In this document: in pieces, positions 20,776 through 30,512 of the stretch
Numbering within the stretch: the stretch's first letter is position 1
Layout: every line of letters begins with the position of its first letter
Assembly (NCBI GenBank): GCA_045539335.1
Contig: JAZQFD010000025.1
Location: forward strand, 35,545 to 99,544
Direction: 5' to 3'
Source of the DNA: Eubacteriales bacterium
GTDB lineage: Bacteria; Bacillota; Clostridia; Oscillospirales; QAKW01
DNA: 64,000 nt
The notes under the pieces: model-generated
Database searches by the model: none
Told to the model about the DNA's origin: nothing
The model's input: only the letters and a program-made list of their open reading frames with translations
Position numbers and translations under genes: made by a program

Positions 20776-22094
20776 GTTGCAACTCCTATCAAATCATAAT
20801 CCATGGTTTCTTCGATGGTCACGTCGATAAATTCGCCCACCGCAATGTGGGTACCGCCGGTAAAGAAGATCTTCCCGTCAATATCCGGCGCCTCCCGCAC
20901 ACTTCTGCCATACCAGCATTCGCCGAACCGATCAAAGCCCTCCACCAAAACGGTCAGGGTCTTGCCCAGCAGGGCGTTTTGCTTTTCTTCCACCACATCG
21001 GTTTGCACCGTTTCCAGAATTTCTTGGCGTTTTTGCTTGATTTCCTCCTGGATCTGATGGGGGAAATCATAGGCAGGGGTATCTTCTTCTCGGGAATAGC
21101 AAAAGACTCCCAATTTATCAAATTTTGCTTTCCGCACAAAGCGGCAAAGGGCGTCAAATTCCTCCTCGGTCTCCCCGGGGAAGCCCACGATCAAGGTGGT
21201 TCGCAGGGTCACATCCGGCACCTTTGCCCGCAATTTTTCCAAAAGACCCAAGAGTTGTTCCTCATCCCCGGGGCGGTTCATCCGCTTGAGCACACTGCCC
21301 ACTCCGTGCTGAATGGGCATCTCAATATAGGGAAGAAGTTTTTCCTCGGTGGCGAAAAGGTCAATCAGCTCGTCGCTGATCTTATCGGGGTACAGGTAGA
21401 GAAGCCGCAACCAAGAGAGCCCCTCAATTTTAACAATCTCCCGAATAAGGGCAGGGAGTTTTCGCTGGCCGTAAAGGTCGATGCCGTAGTTGGTGGTGTC
21501 CTGAGCGATAAGGATCAGCTCCTTGGCACCATCCGCCACCAGTTCCTTGGCCTCTTTGAGAATATTCTCCATGGGGCGGGAGCGGAAAGGCCCCCGAATA
21601 TCGGGAATACAGCAGTAGGCACAGCGATTGTTGCAGCCGTCTGCAATTTTTATGTAGGCCGTATGGCGGGGAGAGGTCAGCACCCGCTTGCCCTCCAGTT
21701 GAAGCTGTTCCTTGGGATCAAACCAAGCGATCCGCTCTCCCTTTAAAACAGCGTCGATGGCCTCTGCCACCCGTTGAAAGGAGCCGACGCCCAAAAAGCC
21801 GTCTACCTCCGGCAGTTCTTGGGCAATCTCCCCTTGGTATCGCTCCGAAAGACAGCCGGCAACCAGAATCTTGCCTACCTTGCCCTCTGCTTTCAGTTGC
21901 GCCACCTCAAAGATGGTCTCCAAGGCCTCCTGCTTGGCGCTTTCAATAAAGCCGCAGGTATTGATCACCACCAGATCGGTCTCCTCCAGATCGGTCACAA
22001 TGGTATGACCGGCCTGTTGGGCCGAGGCGATCATTTTTTCGGTGTTGACGGTGTTTTTCTCACACCCCAACCCGATGAATCCGATTTTACTCAT
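20772..22094 (-). CDS. rimO: Ribosomal protein S12 methylthiotransferase
   Basis: LGCEKN, NTCGFIESA, GCNNRCAYC radical SAM motif, APDIDG TRAM domain. Confidence 0.95.
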   Translation of the reverse strand: MSKIGFIGLGCEKNTVNTEKMIASAQQAGHTIVTDLEETDLVVINTCGFIESAKQEALETIFEVAQLKAEGKVGKILVAGCLSERYQGEIAQELPEVDGFLGVGSFQRVAEAIDAVLKGERIAWFDPKEQLQLEGKRVLTSPRHTAYIKIADGCNNRCAYCCIPDIRGPFRSRPMENILKEAKELVADGAKELILIAQDTTNYGIDLYGQRKLPALIREIVKIEGLSWLRLLYLYPDKISDELIDLFATEEKLLPYIEMPIQHGVGSVLKRMNRPGDEEQLLGLLEKLRAKVPDVTLRTTLIVGFPGETEEEFDALCRFVRKAKFDKLGVFCYSREEDTPAYDFPHQIQEEIKQKRQEILETVQTDVVEEKQNALLGKTLTVLVEGFDRFGECWYGRSVREAPDIDGKIFFTGGTHIAVGEFIDVTIEETMDYDLIGVAT

Positions 22095-22728
22095 CCAAAT
22101 CCTCCGTCATGCAGGCAAGGCCGCTGCGAATGGTTTCATAATCAAAGCCCAGGCGCATCAGCCCCTGAATGACCTTTTGCACTTGCTTGCGGTCGGAAAA
22201 ATCCTGACCGCCGTATTTTGCCGAAAGGTGGTATGCCACCGATTGCTCATAGTCGGCATCCAGCCCTTGGGTGGTCTCCTTGGCAAGGTCTAAGGAAAAG
22301 CCCTTTTGATAAAGCTCCTGCACAATGCGGCGAGGCCCCCATTTTTTCTCCCTTGCGTATCGCTCCGCCAAGCGGGCGGCAAGGCGCTCATCATCGATAA
22401 AGCCCTTTTGCTCCATCTGATCGCAGGTGGCCTCTGCCACATGAGGCTCAATGCCGAAGCGGGTCAGTTTTTCATAAAGCCGCTTGCGGGAAAGATCCCC
22501 ATAGGAAAGGTATTGATAGGCTTTTTCTTTGGCGGGAATCAATTGGGCGGCCAAAAGCAGCCCCGCTTCTTCCTCCTCCCCAAAGGGAGCGCCCACATAA
22601 AGATCCTGCCCGAAAACCAGTTCCATGGGCAGGGTGGCGTAAAAGGCGCCGTCGATATAGAGATCCCGCTGATCGGGGCTCTTTTCATTGACCGCCAAGG
22701 CGGTCACCGTGGGTTTATTCAAAGTCAT
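22087..22728 (-). CDS. recX: Regulatory protein RecX
   Basis: Immediately downstream of rec[30 protein letters not shown]. Confidence 0.88.
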   Translation of the reverse strand: MTLNKPTVTALAVNEKSPDQRDLYIDGAFYATLPMELVFGQDLYVGAPFGEEEEAGLLLAAQLIPAKEKAYQYLSYGDLSRKRLYEKLTRFGIEPHVAEATCDQMEQKGFIDDERLAARLAERYAREKKWGPRRIVQELYQKGFSLDLAKETTQGLDADYEQSVAYHLSAKYGGQDFSDRKQVQKVIQGLMRLGFDYETIRSGLACMTEDLDE

Positions 22729-23815
22729 CCGCCGACACATCCAAAGAAACTGCAGGTGCCGCTTCCTTGGGAGCCTCTGCCTTGGGGGCGGGGGCCTTCT
22801 TGGCGGGCTTTGCTTTATTTTCCATCTCTCTTAAAGTATCGAAATCTGCACGGATGGCGGCCTCCAGCTCGGCGGCAACATCGGGATTATCCCGCAAAAA
22901 GGCCTTGGCATTATCCCGACCCTGACCGATGCGATCCTCTTTATAGGAGAACCATGCACCGCTCTTTTTCACCAGCTTCAGCTTCTCGCCCAGATCCAGC
23001 AGTTCGCCTTCCTTGGAGATGCCTTCGCCATACATAATGTCAAATTCAGCGGTCTTAAAGGGAGGAGCCACCTTATTCTTCACGATCTTGCAACGAGTGG
23101 CGCTTCCGATCATCTCGCCGCCGGACTTTAAGGTCTCGGTCTTACGCACGTCGATACGAACCGATGCATAGAATTTCAGCGCATTACCGCCGGTGGTGGT
23201 TTCGGGATTGCCAAACATCACGCCGATCTTCATCCGCAACTGGTTAATGAAAATGGCAGTACAATTGGTTTTGGCCAACACGCCGGTCAGTTTTCTTAAG
23301 GCTTGGCTCATCAAGCGTGCCTGCAGACCCACATGAGAGTCGCCCATTTCCCCTTCAATTTCCTTGCTGGGGGTCAAGGCGGCCACCGAGTCCACAACGA
23401 TCAGGTCAATGGCGCCGGAGCGCACCAACTGCTCAGCGATTTCCAAAGCCTGCTCGCCGTTATCCGGCTGGGAGACCAGCAGTTCATCCACATTGACGCC
23501 CAATGCGGCGGCATAAACGGGATCCAGAGCGTGCTCTGCATCGATGAAGGCAACAATGCCTCCTGCCTTTTGAGCCTCGGCAGCGCAATGGAGGGCAACG
23601 GTGGTTTTACCGGAGGATTCGGGACCATAAATTTCCACCACACGACCCTTGGGAATACCGCCTACTCCCAGCGCCATATCCAAAGATAAGGAGCCGGTGG
23701 AGATGGCGCCCACATTCATATGGGCATTATCTCCCAGCTTCATCACAGCCCCTGCGCCAAACTGCTTTTCAATCTGCTCTAAGGCCTTGGCCAGAGCATC
23801 TCTTTTATCTGCCAT
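22715..23815 (-). CDS. recA: Recombinase RecA
   Basis: [27 protein letters not shown]. Confidence 0.98.
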   Translation of the reverse strand: MADKRDALAKALEQIEKQFGAGAVMKLGDNAHMNVGAISTGSLSLDMALGVGGIPKGRVVEIYGPESSGKTTVALHCAAEAQKAGGIVAFIDAEHALDPVYAAALGVNVDELLVSQPDNGEQALEIAEQLVRSGAIDLIVVDSVAALTPSKEIEGEMGDSHVGLQARLMSQALRKLTGVLAKTNCTAIFINQLRMKIGVMFGNPETTTGGNALKFYASVRIDVRKTETLKSGGEMIGSATRCKIVKNKVAPPFKTAEFDIMYGEGISKEGELLDLGEKLKLVKKSGAWFSYKEDRIGQGRDNAKAFLRDNPDVAAELEAAIRADFDTLREMENKAKPAKKAPAPKAEAPKEAAPAVSLDVSADDFE

Positions 23816-23926
23816 ATTCAAACATCCTCCCAAACGAAGTTATTTATATATTTATACAGTATAATTATATAATATACTAAAATAGAAATCAAGAAAAAAA
23901 GGAGCCGTCTTGCTCCTTTTCTTTCT

Positions 23927-25249
23927 TTAAAGTTGTACTTCGGCGCCGGTGTCGGTATAGGTGATCCGATCGCCCTTGGCGGCCAAGGTATCAATATAAT
24001 CAAAATAAGCCTTTTGGCTGGGGAAGGCGGGGGTAAAGCCGGCGATGATCTCTTTGGCTCGGGCGGCCTCCTTTTCCAAAAGCAGAGAGACCATGCCCAA
24101 CTGCCAGCGAGCACTTTCCACGCAGGCAAGGTCGGGATTATCGATATAATAGTCGGAACCGTGGCTGACGCCGATGGCGCCGGGGGCATAAGGGTGAATG
24201 GCAGGCATCACCGCAGAAATATCGCCCATGTCGGTACTGCCGGTGCTGGTTTTATCCCGAGCCTCAAAGGGCAGGCCCAAGCCTTGGGCGGCATCCTTGG
24301 CAAGGTCGATCATGCCGGGGGCGTTGGTCAGCGGGGCATAACCGGGAGCATCTTGAATATCCACATTACAGCCCAAAGAAAGGGCGGCGCCCACAAGGGC
24401 TTGGTTTACCTTTTTATTGGCAGCCACAATGGCAGGGTAGCTGACACCCCGCACATAGCTTTCCACCACCACCTGATCGGGAATAGCGTTTACTGCACCG
24501 CCACCCTTGGTGATAATGGGATGGAAGCGGATATAGTCGGCTTCTTTGAAGGTCTCCCGCAGAGCGTTGGCGGCAGTAAGACCTTGGGTGGCGGCATAAA
24601 GAGCGTTGTGCCCCTGCCAAGGAGCGCCTCCTGCATGGGCCGAGGTGCCCTTAAAGATCATCTTTTTGGAAACAATGCCCACGGCGGCCCGATTGCAAGC
24701 AAAGGTCTCACCGTTGGTGGTGTGTACCATAAAAGCCAGATCGCAATCTTTAAAATAGCCCCGATACATAAATTCGGTTTTGCCGCCATAGTAGCGAACA
24801 ATTCCCTTTTCCATTAAAGAATCCCGATATTCCCGCTCGATCAGCTCCTCGGCGGGCACAGCGCAAAGGCGGATACTGCCACAGATCCCATCCAGAGCAC
24901 CGGGCTGTTTTAAAGCGGCGGCAATGCCCAAAAGGGCGGCGCATTGAGCGCTATGACCGCAGCAATGAACCCGATCGTTTACCGCATCGGGATGCTCGGC
25001 GCAGATCAGAGAATCCAGTTCTCCAAAGATCAAAAGGCGAGGGCCGGGGCGGCCGGTGTCCAGATCGGTATAAAAGCCGGGAATGTCGCCGGGAAGGGTC
25101 AGCTCATAGCCCAAAGCCCGAAAGGCGTCCTCCATATATTTCGAGGTCTCCCATTCTTGATATCCCGTTTCGGGATGCGCCCAGATATAATTTTGGGCGT
25201 TGATGATCAGATCTCGGAATTGATAAACAGACTCGGTTAATTTATTCAC
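23927..25249 (-). CDS. M20 family amidohydrolase
   Basis: HPETGYQE, ELD, HCCGH, PAEE, GSTDMGD. Confidence 0.88.
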   Translation of the reverse strand: MNKLTESVYQFRDLIINAQNYIWAHPETGYQEWETSKYMEDAFRALGYELTLPGDIPGFYTDLDTGRPGPRLLIFGELDSLICAEHPDAVNDRVHCCGHSAQCAALLGIAAALKQPGALDGICGSIRLCAVPAEELIEREYRDSLMEKGIVRYYGGKTEFMYRGYFKDCDLAFMVHTTNGETFACNRAAVGIVSKKMIFKGTSAHAGGAPWQGHNALYAATQGLTAANALRETFKEADYIRFHPIITKGGGAVNAIPDQVVVESYVRGVSYPAIVAANKKVNQALVGAALSLGCNVDIQDAPGYAPLTNAPGMIDLAKDAAQGLGLPFEARDKTSTGSTDMGDISAVMPAIHPYAPGAIGVSHGSDYYIDNPDLACVESARWQLGMVSLLLEKEAARAKEIIAGFTPAFPSQKAYFDYIDTLAAKGDRITYTDTGAEVQL

Positions 25250-25305
25250 AAAGAATCACGCTCCTTTTTTTAAAAGTATAGCATTTTATAAAGAGATATG
25301 CAATA

Positions 25306-25535
25306 GCCAAGAGTCCTAAAGGACACTTGGCAGCGATATAAATCCCTAACGGGATTTGCGATATACCTAATAGTGCGATATAAGGCGATGCCTTGCGATA
25401 TGCTCTCGACATCCTTGCCGCAGGCAAGGGATGTCGAACGCACAAAAAGGATTTATATCATATCTCGTTTACCGACAGGTAAACATATCGCATTTTACAA
25501 AGTAAAATATATCGTATTGCGAAGCAATATATCGC
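25306..25535. repeat. Multi-hairpin heptamer element, copy B (GCGATAT/ATATCGC variant)
   Basis: Terminal hairpin GCCAAG..CTTGGC, 4x GCGATAT and 4x ATATC-type heptamers mostly separated by hairpins; long stem 25335-25345 / 25449-25459. Confidence 0.8.
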
Positions 25536-25585
25536 AAAACACTATTTGAAAGGTTTAGCGGGTTGTCTTTAACTATGCAATCTGT

Positions 25586-25614
25586 TTGACATTTTTTTGG
25601 TGGAGTGCTACACT
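25586..25614 (+). promoter_or_regulatory. SigA-type promoter of the cobalamin riboswitch leader
   Basis: TTGACA-17 bp-TACACT with TG extension. Confidence 0.65.
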
Positions 25615-25619
25615 TGGGA

Positions 25620-25775
25620 AGGAAACACGCCCAAGAACAAGGAAGTGGGGTGAGAATCCCCCGTGATCCCGTCGCCGTGTTTGGCAAGGAACTGCTCAAA
25701 AAACCACTGCCCGAAAGGGTGGGAAGGGGAGCGGAACCGCTTGAGCCATCAGCCGAAAGACTTCTCTTGGGATGT
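25620..25775 (+). ncRNA. Cobalamin riboswitch
   Basis: AAGGAA..GGTGAGAATCC..CCCG, CCACTG..GGGAAG and B12-box-like AGCCGAAAGAC; precedes B12-uptake-type genes. Confidence 0.85.
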
Positions 25776-25895
25776 CGGATCTGCTGTTACGATGAATAAC
25801 CGTTTTTTAGGGCCTCCTTTGGCAGAGAGGTGGGCCTTAAAAGATGAAAGAAGCGTATCCGAAGGGTTTCTAAAAAAAGAATAAGGAGAAAAAAG

Positions 25896-26291
25896 ATGCA
25901 AAAGAAGCAAAAATGGTTGATTGGCATTGGTGCAGCCCTCTTGGTTGCGGCGGTGACAGTCGCTGTGCTCCTTTGGAACGGTTTTTCTGCCAAACCCCAA
26001 GAAGGAAGTAAAGCGATTGTATTTGAAGTGGTGGCGAAAGACGGCTCCTCCAAGGAGTATCAAATTGCCACCGATGCAGAGTATCTGGCCGATGCTCTGG
26101 TGGAAAAGGGCTTGGTGGAATACGCAGCCGACGGTCTTTATAATACCATCGATGGCATTACCGCCGATTGGAATGCGGATGAATCCTGGTGGAACATTTC
26201 CAAAGACGGCACCGCCCTCAATGTGGGGATGAACCAACAGCCCATTGCCGATGGTGAGCATTATGAAGCAACCTATACCATCGGTTTTTAA
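25896..26291 (+). CDS. DUF4430 (transcobalamin-C-like) domain protein, probable B12 binding
   Basis: N-terminal TM anchor; TIDGITAD..WWNISKDG..VG..IADGE pattern; riboswitch upstream. Confidence 0.75.
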   Translation: MQKKQKWLIGIGAALLVAAVTVAVLLWNGFSAKPQEGSKAIVFEVVAKDGSSKEYQIATDAEYLADALVEKGLVEYAADGLYNTIDGITADWNADESWWNISKDGTALNVGMNQQPIADGEHYEATYTIGF

Positions 26292-26772
26292 GATTCGGGA
26301 GTTGGCGGCACTGGCGGTATTTGCCGCCTTGATGATCGCTTTGCAGGTGGCTTTGGCCTCCTTGCCCAATATTGAGGTGGTGTCCCTGCTGATCATCCTT
26401 GCCACCGTTGTGATGGGTGCTAAAAGCCTCTATGCCGTGGCGGTATTTGTGATGGTGGAGGGGCTGATCTATGGATTTCATATCTGGTGGATCAATTACC
26501 TTTATGTCTGGCCCCTTTTGGTGGGGGTGGTGTTGCTCCTTCGGAAATGGAGCCATCCCCTTCTTTGGGCGTTGGTGGCAGGGCTTTTCGGCCTCTTTTT
26601 CGGCACCCTTTGCTCCATCCCCTATTTTCTGACCGGCGGATGGGGAGCAGGCTTTGGCTATATCATCGGGGGCATCCCCTTTGATCTGGTTCATTGCCTT
26701 GCCAATGTGGCGTTGGTGGCGCTCCTTTATCGCCCCTTGGAAAACATCCTAAAACGAGTCTTACCCCAATAA
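26263..26772 (+). CDS. cbrT: ECF transporter S component, CbrT-like (cobalamin)
   Basis: LASLPNIE..LII, GIPFDLVH; about six TM helices; B12 riboswitch operon. Confidence 0.75.
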   Translation: MKQPIPSVFKIRELAALAVFAALMIALQVALASLPNIEVVSLLIILATVVMGAKSLYAVAVFVMVEGLIYGFHIWWINYLYVWPLLVGVVLLLRKWSHPLLWALVAGLFGLFFGTLCSIPYFLTGGWGAGFGYIIGGIPFDLVHCLANVALVALLYRPLENILKRVLPQ

Positions 26773-26774
26773 GA

Positions 26775-26805
26775 AAAAGCCAAGTCTTTCGACTTGGCTT
26801 TTTTT
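26775..26805. terminator. Bidirectional terminator
   Basis: AAAAAGCCAAGTC-TTTC-GACTTGGCTTTTT. Confidence 0.75.
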
Positions 26806-27334
26806 AATAGTAATAAACCTTAAACAAATAATTTCCCAGCCCCAGTTGCTCCAAAAGCAGCATCAGCAAAAAGGGAAGCACCACCGTTGCCAAAAGGTGG
26901 ATCCACCAAGTAAATCGGATGGGTTGCACCTTTTCTTTATAGGCCAGCTGTTCCTCAACGGAAAGGTCATTATAGGCCTCGCCCCGCAAAAGCTTGATGG
27001 TGGGATTCATCCCCAGCATCCCCACTCGCTCATCCTCCAAAGACCGCTTGAGCTCATTGCGGATCACCGATTCAAAGATCAGGGAAATGCCGGCGGCAAC
27101 GGGGAAGGCCCAATTCCAAAAGGCCACCAAAAAGACCACCGTATTCAAAAGCAGCGGCCAGACCGTTCCGTCGATAATGGCAAACACCCCTCGGCGAATA
27201 GAGGAATTAAAGCGCTTCATCAGCCCTGCCGTTATTGCCCAAAGCACCAAGAGGATCAACACCACCGGCACCGCATAGCCGGCGGACATCACATCCCACC
27301 ATGGCAGCATGGTGTATTCGATTTTTTTATCCAT
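26804..27334 (-). CDS. Hypothetical membrane protein
   Basis: 176-aa ORF with about four hydrophobic segments, last gene of a minus-strand operon. Confidence 0.7.
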   Translation of the reverse strand: MDKKIEYTMLPWWDVMSAGYAVPVVLILLVLWAITAGLMKRFNSSIRRGVFAIIDGTVWPLLLNTVVFLVAFWNWAFPVAAGISLIFESVIRNELKRSLEDERVGMLGMNPTIKLLRGEAYNDLSVEEQLAYKEKVQPIRFTWWIHLLATVVLPFLLMLLLEQLGLGNYLFKVYYY

Positions 27335-27349
27335 AAGTCCAGGGTCCTT

Positions 27350-28378
27350 TCAAAGGGAATTGATGGCCGAGAGCAGGGCTTGTACCTCTCCCGCTTCGGT
27401 GCTCCAAGCGGTGCAGAAGCGCACCACCGCCCGCCCATCGGGCAGAGTCTCTTGGAATTCAAAGGTAAAATCTTTGGCCAGCGTTGCTTGCTGCTCCTCG
27501 GTGAGGATCACAAACTGCTGATTGGTGGGACTGTCGATAAAGAGGGGGATGTCCTTGGCTAAAAAGGCGGCCTTGATCAATTGGGCATAGTCCACCGCCC
27601 GACGGGTGCAATCAAAATAAACTCCATCCTTCAGCAAGGCAAAGAATTGCAGTCCCAACAGCCAGCCTTTGGCCAGCATGGCGCCGTTTTGCTTGATGCA
27701 GCTGCGAAAATCCTCTTGAAGCGCCGGATGGGTCAGCACCAGCGCCTCTCCAAAGAGGGCGCCGCATTTGGTACCGCCCAGATAGAAGGCATCGGCAAGG
27801 CGGGCAAGATCCGCAAGGGTCATATCGGAAGCCGCCAGACCATAGCCCAGGCGAGCACCGTCAATAAATAAGTACAGGCCGTATTTTTTGCATACGGCGG
27901 AGATCTCCTCCAATTCCTTTTTGGAATAGAGGGTTCCCCATTCGGTGGGGAAGGAAAGATAAACCATTTTGGGCTGGGTGATATGCTCCTGCACGCCGCT
28001 TTGGCGATAAAGCTCCGCCTCCGCCTGAATTTGAGCGGCTGAAATTTTGCCGTTTTCATGGGGCAGGGCATGGATCTTATGGCCGGTATGCTCCACCGCA
28101 CCGGTCTCATGCACATGAATATGGCCGGAATCGGCAGAAATCACGCTCTGAAAGGGGCGCAGAGCCGCAGCGATCACCGTGAAATTCACCTGCGTGCCGC
28201 CCACCAGAAAATGCACCTGCGCTTGGGGGTTTTGCAGGTGTTTTTGCAGTTCTTCGGCGGCTTTTTGGCACCATTCGTCTTTCCCATATCCCCCGTAGCT
28301 TTGGGAATTGGTCTCGGTCAGCGCTTTCAACACCGCAGGATGAGCGCCTCGGTTATAATCGTTATTAAATCGGATCAT
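27350..28378 (-). CDS. ltaE: Low-specificity L-threonine aldolase
   Basis: FNNDY..GAHP, GGTQVN, HETGA, DGARL, GGTKCGAL (PLP lysine). Confidence 0.9.
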   Translation of the reverse strand: MIRFNNDYNRGAHPAVLKALTETNSQSYGGYGKDEWCQKAAEELQKHLQNPQAQVHFLVGGTQVNFTVIAAALRPFQSVISADSGHIHVHETGAVEHTGHKIHALPHENGKISAAQIQAEAELYRQSGVQEHITQPKMVYLSFPTEWGTLYSKKELEEISAVCKKYGLYLFIDGARLGYGLAASDMTLADLARLADAFYLGGTKCGALFGEALVLTHPALQEDFRSCIKQNGAMLAKGWLLGLQFFALLKDGVYFDCTRRAVDYAQLIKAAFLAKDIPLFIDSPTNQQFVILTEEQQATLAKDFTFEFQETLPDGRAVVRFCTAWSTEAGEVQALLSAINSL

Positions 28379-29196
28379 TGCAGTTTGTCCAGCCTTTCAA
28401 AAATGGGAGTTGCGCCTGCTTGGCGGGAGATGTTTTCCCCGTCGGCCGATTTCACCGTCCAGAAAAAGAGGGGCGGGCGATACACGCCCCGACAAAGGCG
28501 AAAAGAGAGATTTTTTCGATCCTTATAGTTATAGGCCACAAAATCCGGTCGGGAGATCACGTGTACCAGCAGATTTTTCAAAAGAAAATTAATGAGGGAG
28601 GAAACCTTGGCGCCGTCCTTTTTCACATTGCCTGCCAGCTGACCCCGAATAATGGCGGGGTCGGCCTTTCCCAGCCAATAAAGGGCTCGAGGCTCAAAGC
28701 TTTCCACGCAATAAGGGCCGTTATAGCCCTTTAAGGCGGCGGCCACCGCCTCAGCAAGGGGCTTCATGTTGCCGCCCACGGCCTTCATTTCGATCAGCAG
28801 GGGCACTTTGCCGTCCACCAAGCGGAAAACCTCCTCCAAAAGAGGCAGGGTTTCTTCCGTTCCTTCTAATTTCAGGTCTTTGAGCTCCTCCCAAGTGCAA
28901 TCCTCAATGCGGCGAGGATCGCCGGTGGTGCGGGTGAGGGTATCGTCATGCTCCACCACCAGCTTCCCATCTTTGGAAAGGTGCACATCCAGCTCAATGC
29001 CGAAGCCCTCCTCCACCGCAAGGGAAAAGGCCTTCATGGAATTTTCCGGCACGCCCAAGCGGATGTTATGGAGTCCCCGATGGGCAAAGGGAGCCTTTTG
29101 CAAGGGCGCTAGTCCCTTGGGGGTGTGGAAGCGGGGGGCGATCATAAAAAGCCAAAGGGCAAAAAGGATGCTCAAAAGGATCAGGATCACGATCAT
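28375..29196 (-). CDS. Glycerophosphodiester phosphodiesterase
   Basis: AHRGL, PENS, GIELDV, HD, IEMK. Confidence 0.9.
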   Translation of the reverse strand: MIVILILLSILFALWLFMIAPRFHTPKGLAPLQKAPFAHRGLHNIRLGVPENSMKAFSLAVEEGFGIELDVHLSKDGKLVVEHDDTLTRTTGDPRRIEDCTWEELKDLKLEGTEETLPLLEEVFRLVDGKVPLLIEMKAVGGNMKPLAEAVAAALKGYNGPYCVESFEPRALYWLGKADPAIIRGQLAGNVKKDGAKVSSLINFLLKNLLVHVISRPDFVAYNYKDRKNLSFRLCRGVYRPPLFFWTVKSADGENISRQAGATPIFERLDKLQ

Positions 29197-29199
29197 GGT

Positions 29200-30459
29200 T
29201 TAGTCCTCAACATCAAAGATTTCCAAGCCCTTGGCTTCGGGGCGATTGTCCCCGTGCTTCACAAAGAGCATGGTAATAAAGGCCAGCACAGAGAACACAA
29301 GGGCATAGGGGAACATGGCCTCATAGCCAAAGGATTTAAAGAGATAGCCCGATAAAATGGGGGTGAGGATCTGGGCCGACATGGAGAAGGTATAGTAAAG
29401 GCCGGTATATTTGCCCACATCGCTTCCCTTGCTCATCTCCACCACCATGGGATAGGAGTTCACATTGATGGCCGCCCAGCCGATGCCGATAATGGCCATG
29501 ATCAGATAGGCATGGAGTCCATATTGGGGGAAGGCAAAGCCCAAGGCGAAGGCGATGGCCAAAAGGGTCACGCCCCCTAAGATCACCTTTTTACGCCCCA
29601 GCTTAGAGGAAAGCTGACCCACCGGCAAAAAGGCAGCGGTGGCCACCAGCATGGCAATGATCATCATAAAAGCGCCGGCGCTTTGGTTTTTGTCCCACAC
29701 ACTGTCCACATAGCGGGAATAAGCGGTGCTGACGGCGTTATAAGCCATAAACCATAAAGAAACCGACAGCAGCAAAAAGATCAGGCTCTTTTTCACATCC
29801 TTGGGCATGGCTTTCTTTTCGCCGGTTTCGGTCACCTCTTCCGGCTCGGGGGGCATTTGCGCCACCAGCTTTTTCTCATGGATGGTCAGCCCCAAAATAA
29901 TGGCGCAGGCCACCATAAAGGCAGAGATAATGGCAAATACATAAGGGTAATTGGTCAAGGACTTATCTTTGATCAAAATAAAGACGATCAGATAAGTCAT
30001 AATGCCACCCAAGGAGCCCATCAGGTTGATCACCGCATTGCCCTTACTGCGCAGGGGCTTGGGGGTCACATCCGGCATCAGCGCCACGGCGGGGGAGCGA
30101 TAGGTGCCCATCACCACCAGCAAAACCCCTAAAACGATGATAAAGAACACCAGATTCTTGCTGTTGTTGGCCACCGGCACCAAAAGCATAATGGCGGCGG
30201 CCAGGCAGGAACCGATGATAATAAAGGGCTTGCGCTTGCCGAAGGGGGTACTGATCCTATCGGAAAGAGCGCCGAAGATGGGCAGCAGGAACACCGCCAG
30301 CACGTTATCGGCGGCCATAATATAGCCGCTGATATCGGCCCCCACCCCGAAGGTTTTTTCCAGCATCAGGGGCACCGCATTATCATAGAGCTGCCAAAAG
30401 GCGGAGATGGCCATAAAGGCCAGCCCGATTAAGAACGTTCTCTTATAATTCAGTTTCAT
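29200..30459 (-). CDS. MFS transporter (maltose/sugar type)
   Basis: GALSDR..GKRKPF, ALMPDVTP, about 12 TM helices. Confidence 0.88.
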   Translation of the reverse strand: MKLNYKRTFLIGLAFMAISAFWQLYDNAVPLMLEKTFGVGADISGYIMAADNVLAVFLLPIFGALSDRISTPFGKRKPFIIIGSCLAAAIMLLVPVANNSKNLVFFIIVLGVLLVVMGTYRSPAVALMPDVTPKPLRSKGNAVINLMGSLGGIMTYLIVFILIKDKSLTNYPYVFAIISAFMVACAIILGLTIHEKKLVAQMPPEPEEVTETGEKKAMPKDVKKSLIFLLLSVSLWFMAYNAVSTAYSRYVDSVWDKNQSAGAFMMIIAMLVATAAFLPVGQLSSKLGRKKVILGGVTLLAIAFALGFAFPQYGLHAYLIMAIIGIGWAAINVNSYPMVVEMSKGSDVGKYTGLYYTFSMSAQILTPILSGYLFKSFGYEAMFPYALVFSVLAFITMLFVKHGDNRPEAKGLEIFDVED

Positions 30460-30512
30460 ACGTCCACCTCATTGTTAGTATAAATTCATTTTAAAGGTTT
30501 TAACCTTATAAG

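Noticed and set aside
23835..23870. LexA/SOS box upstream of recA
   Set aside because: Only a TACTGTATA half-site; neither CTGT-N8-ACAG nor GAAC-N4-GTTC is complete
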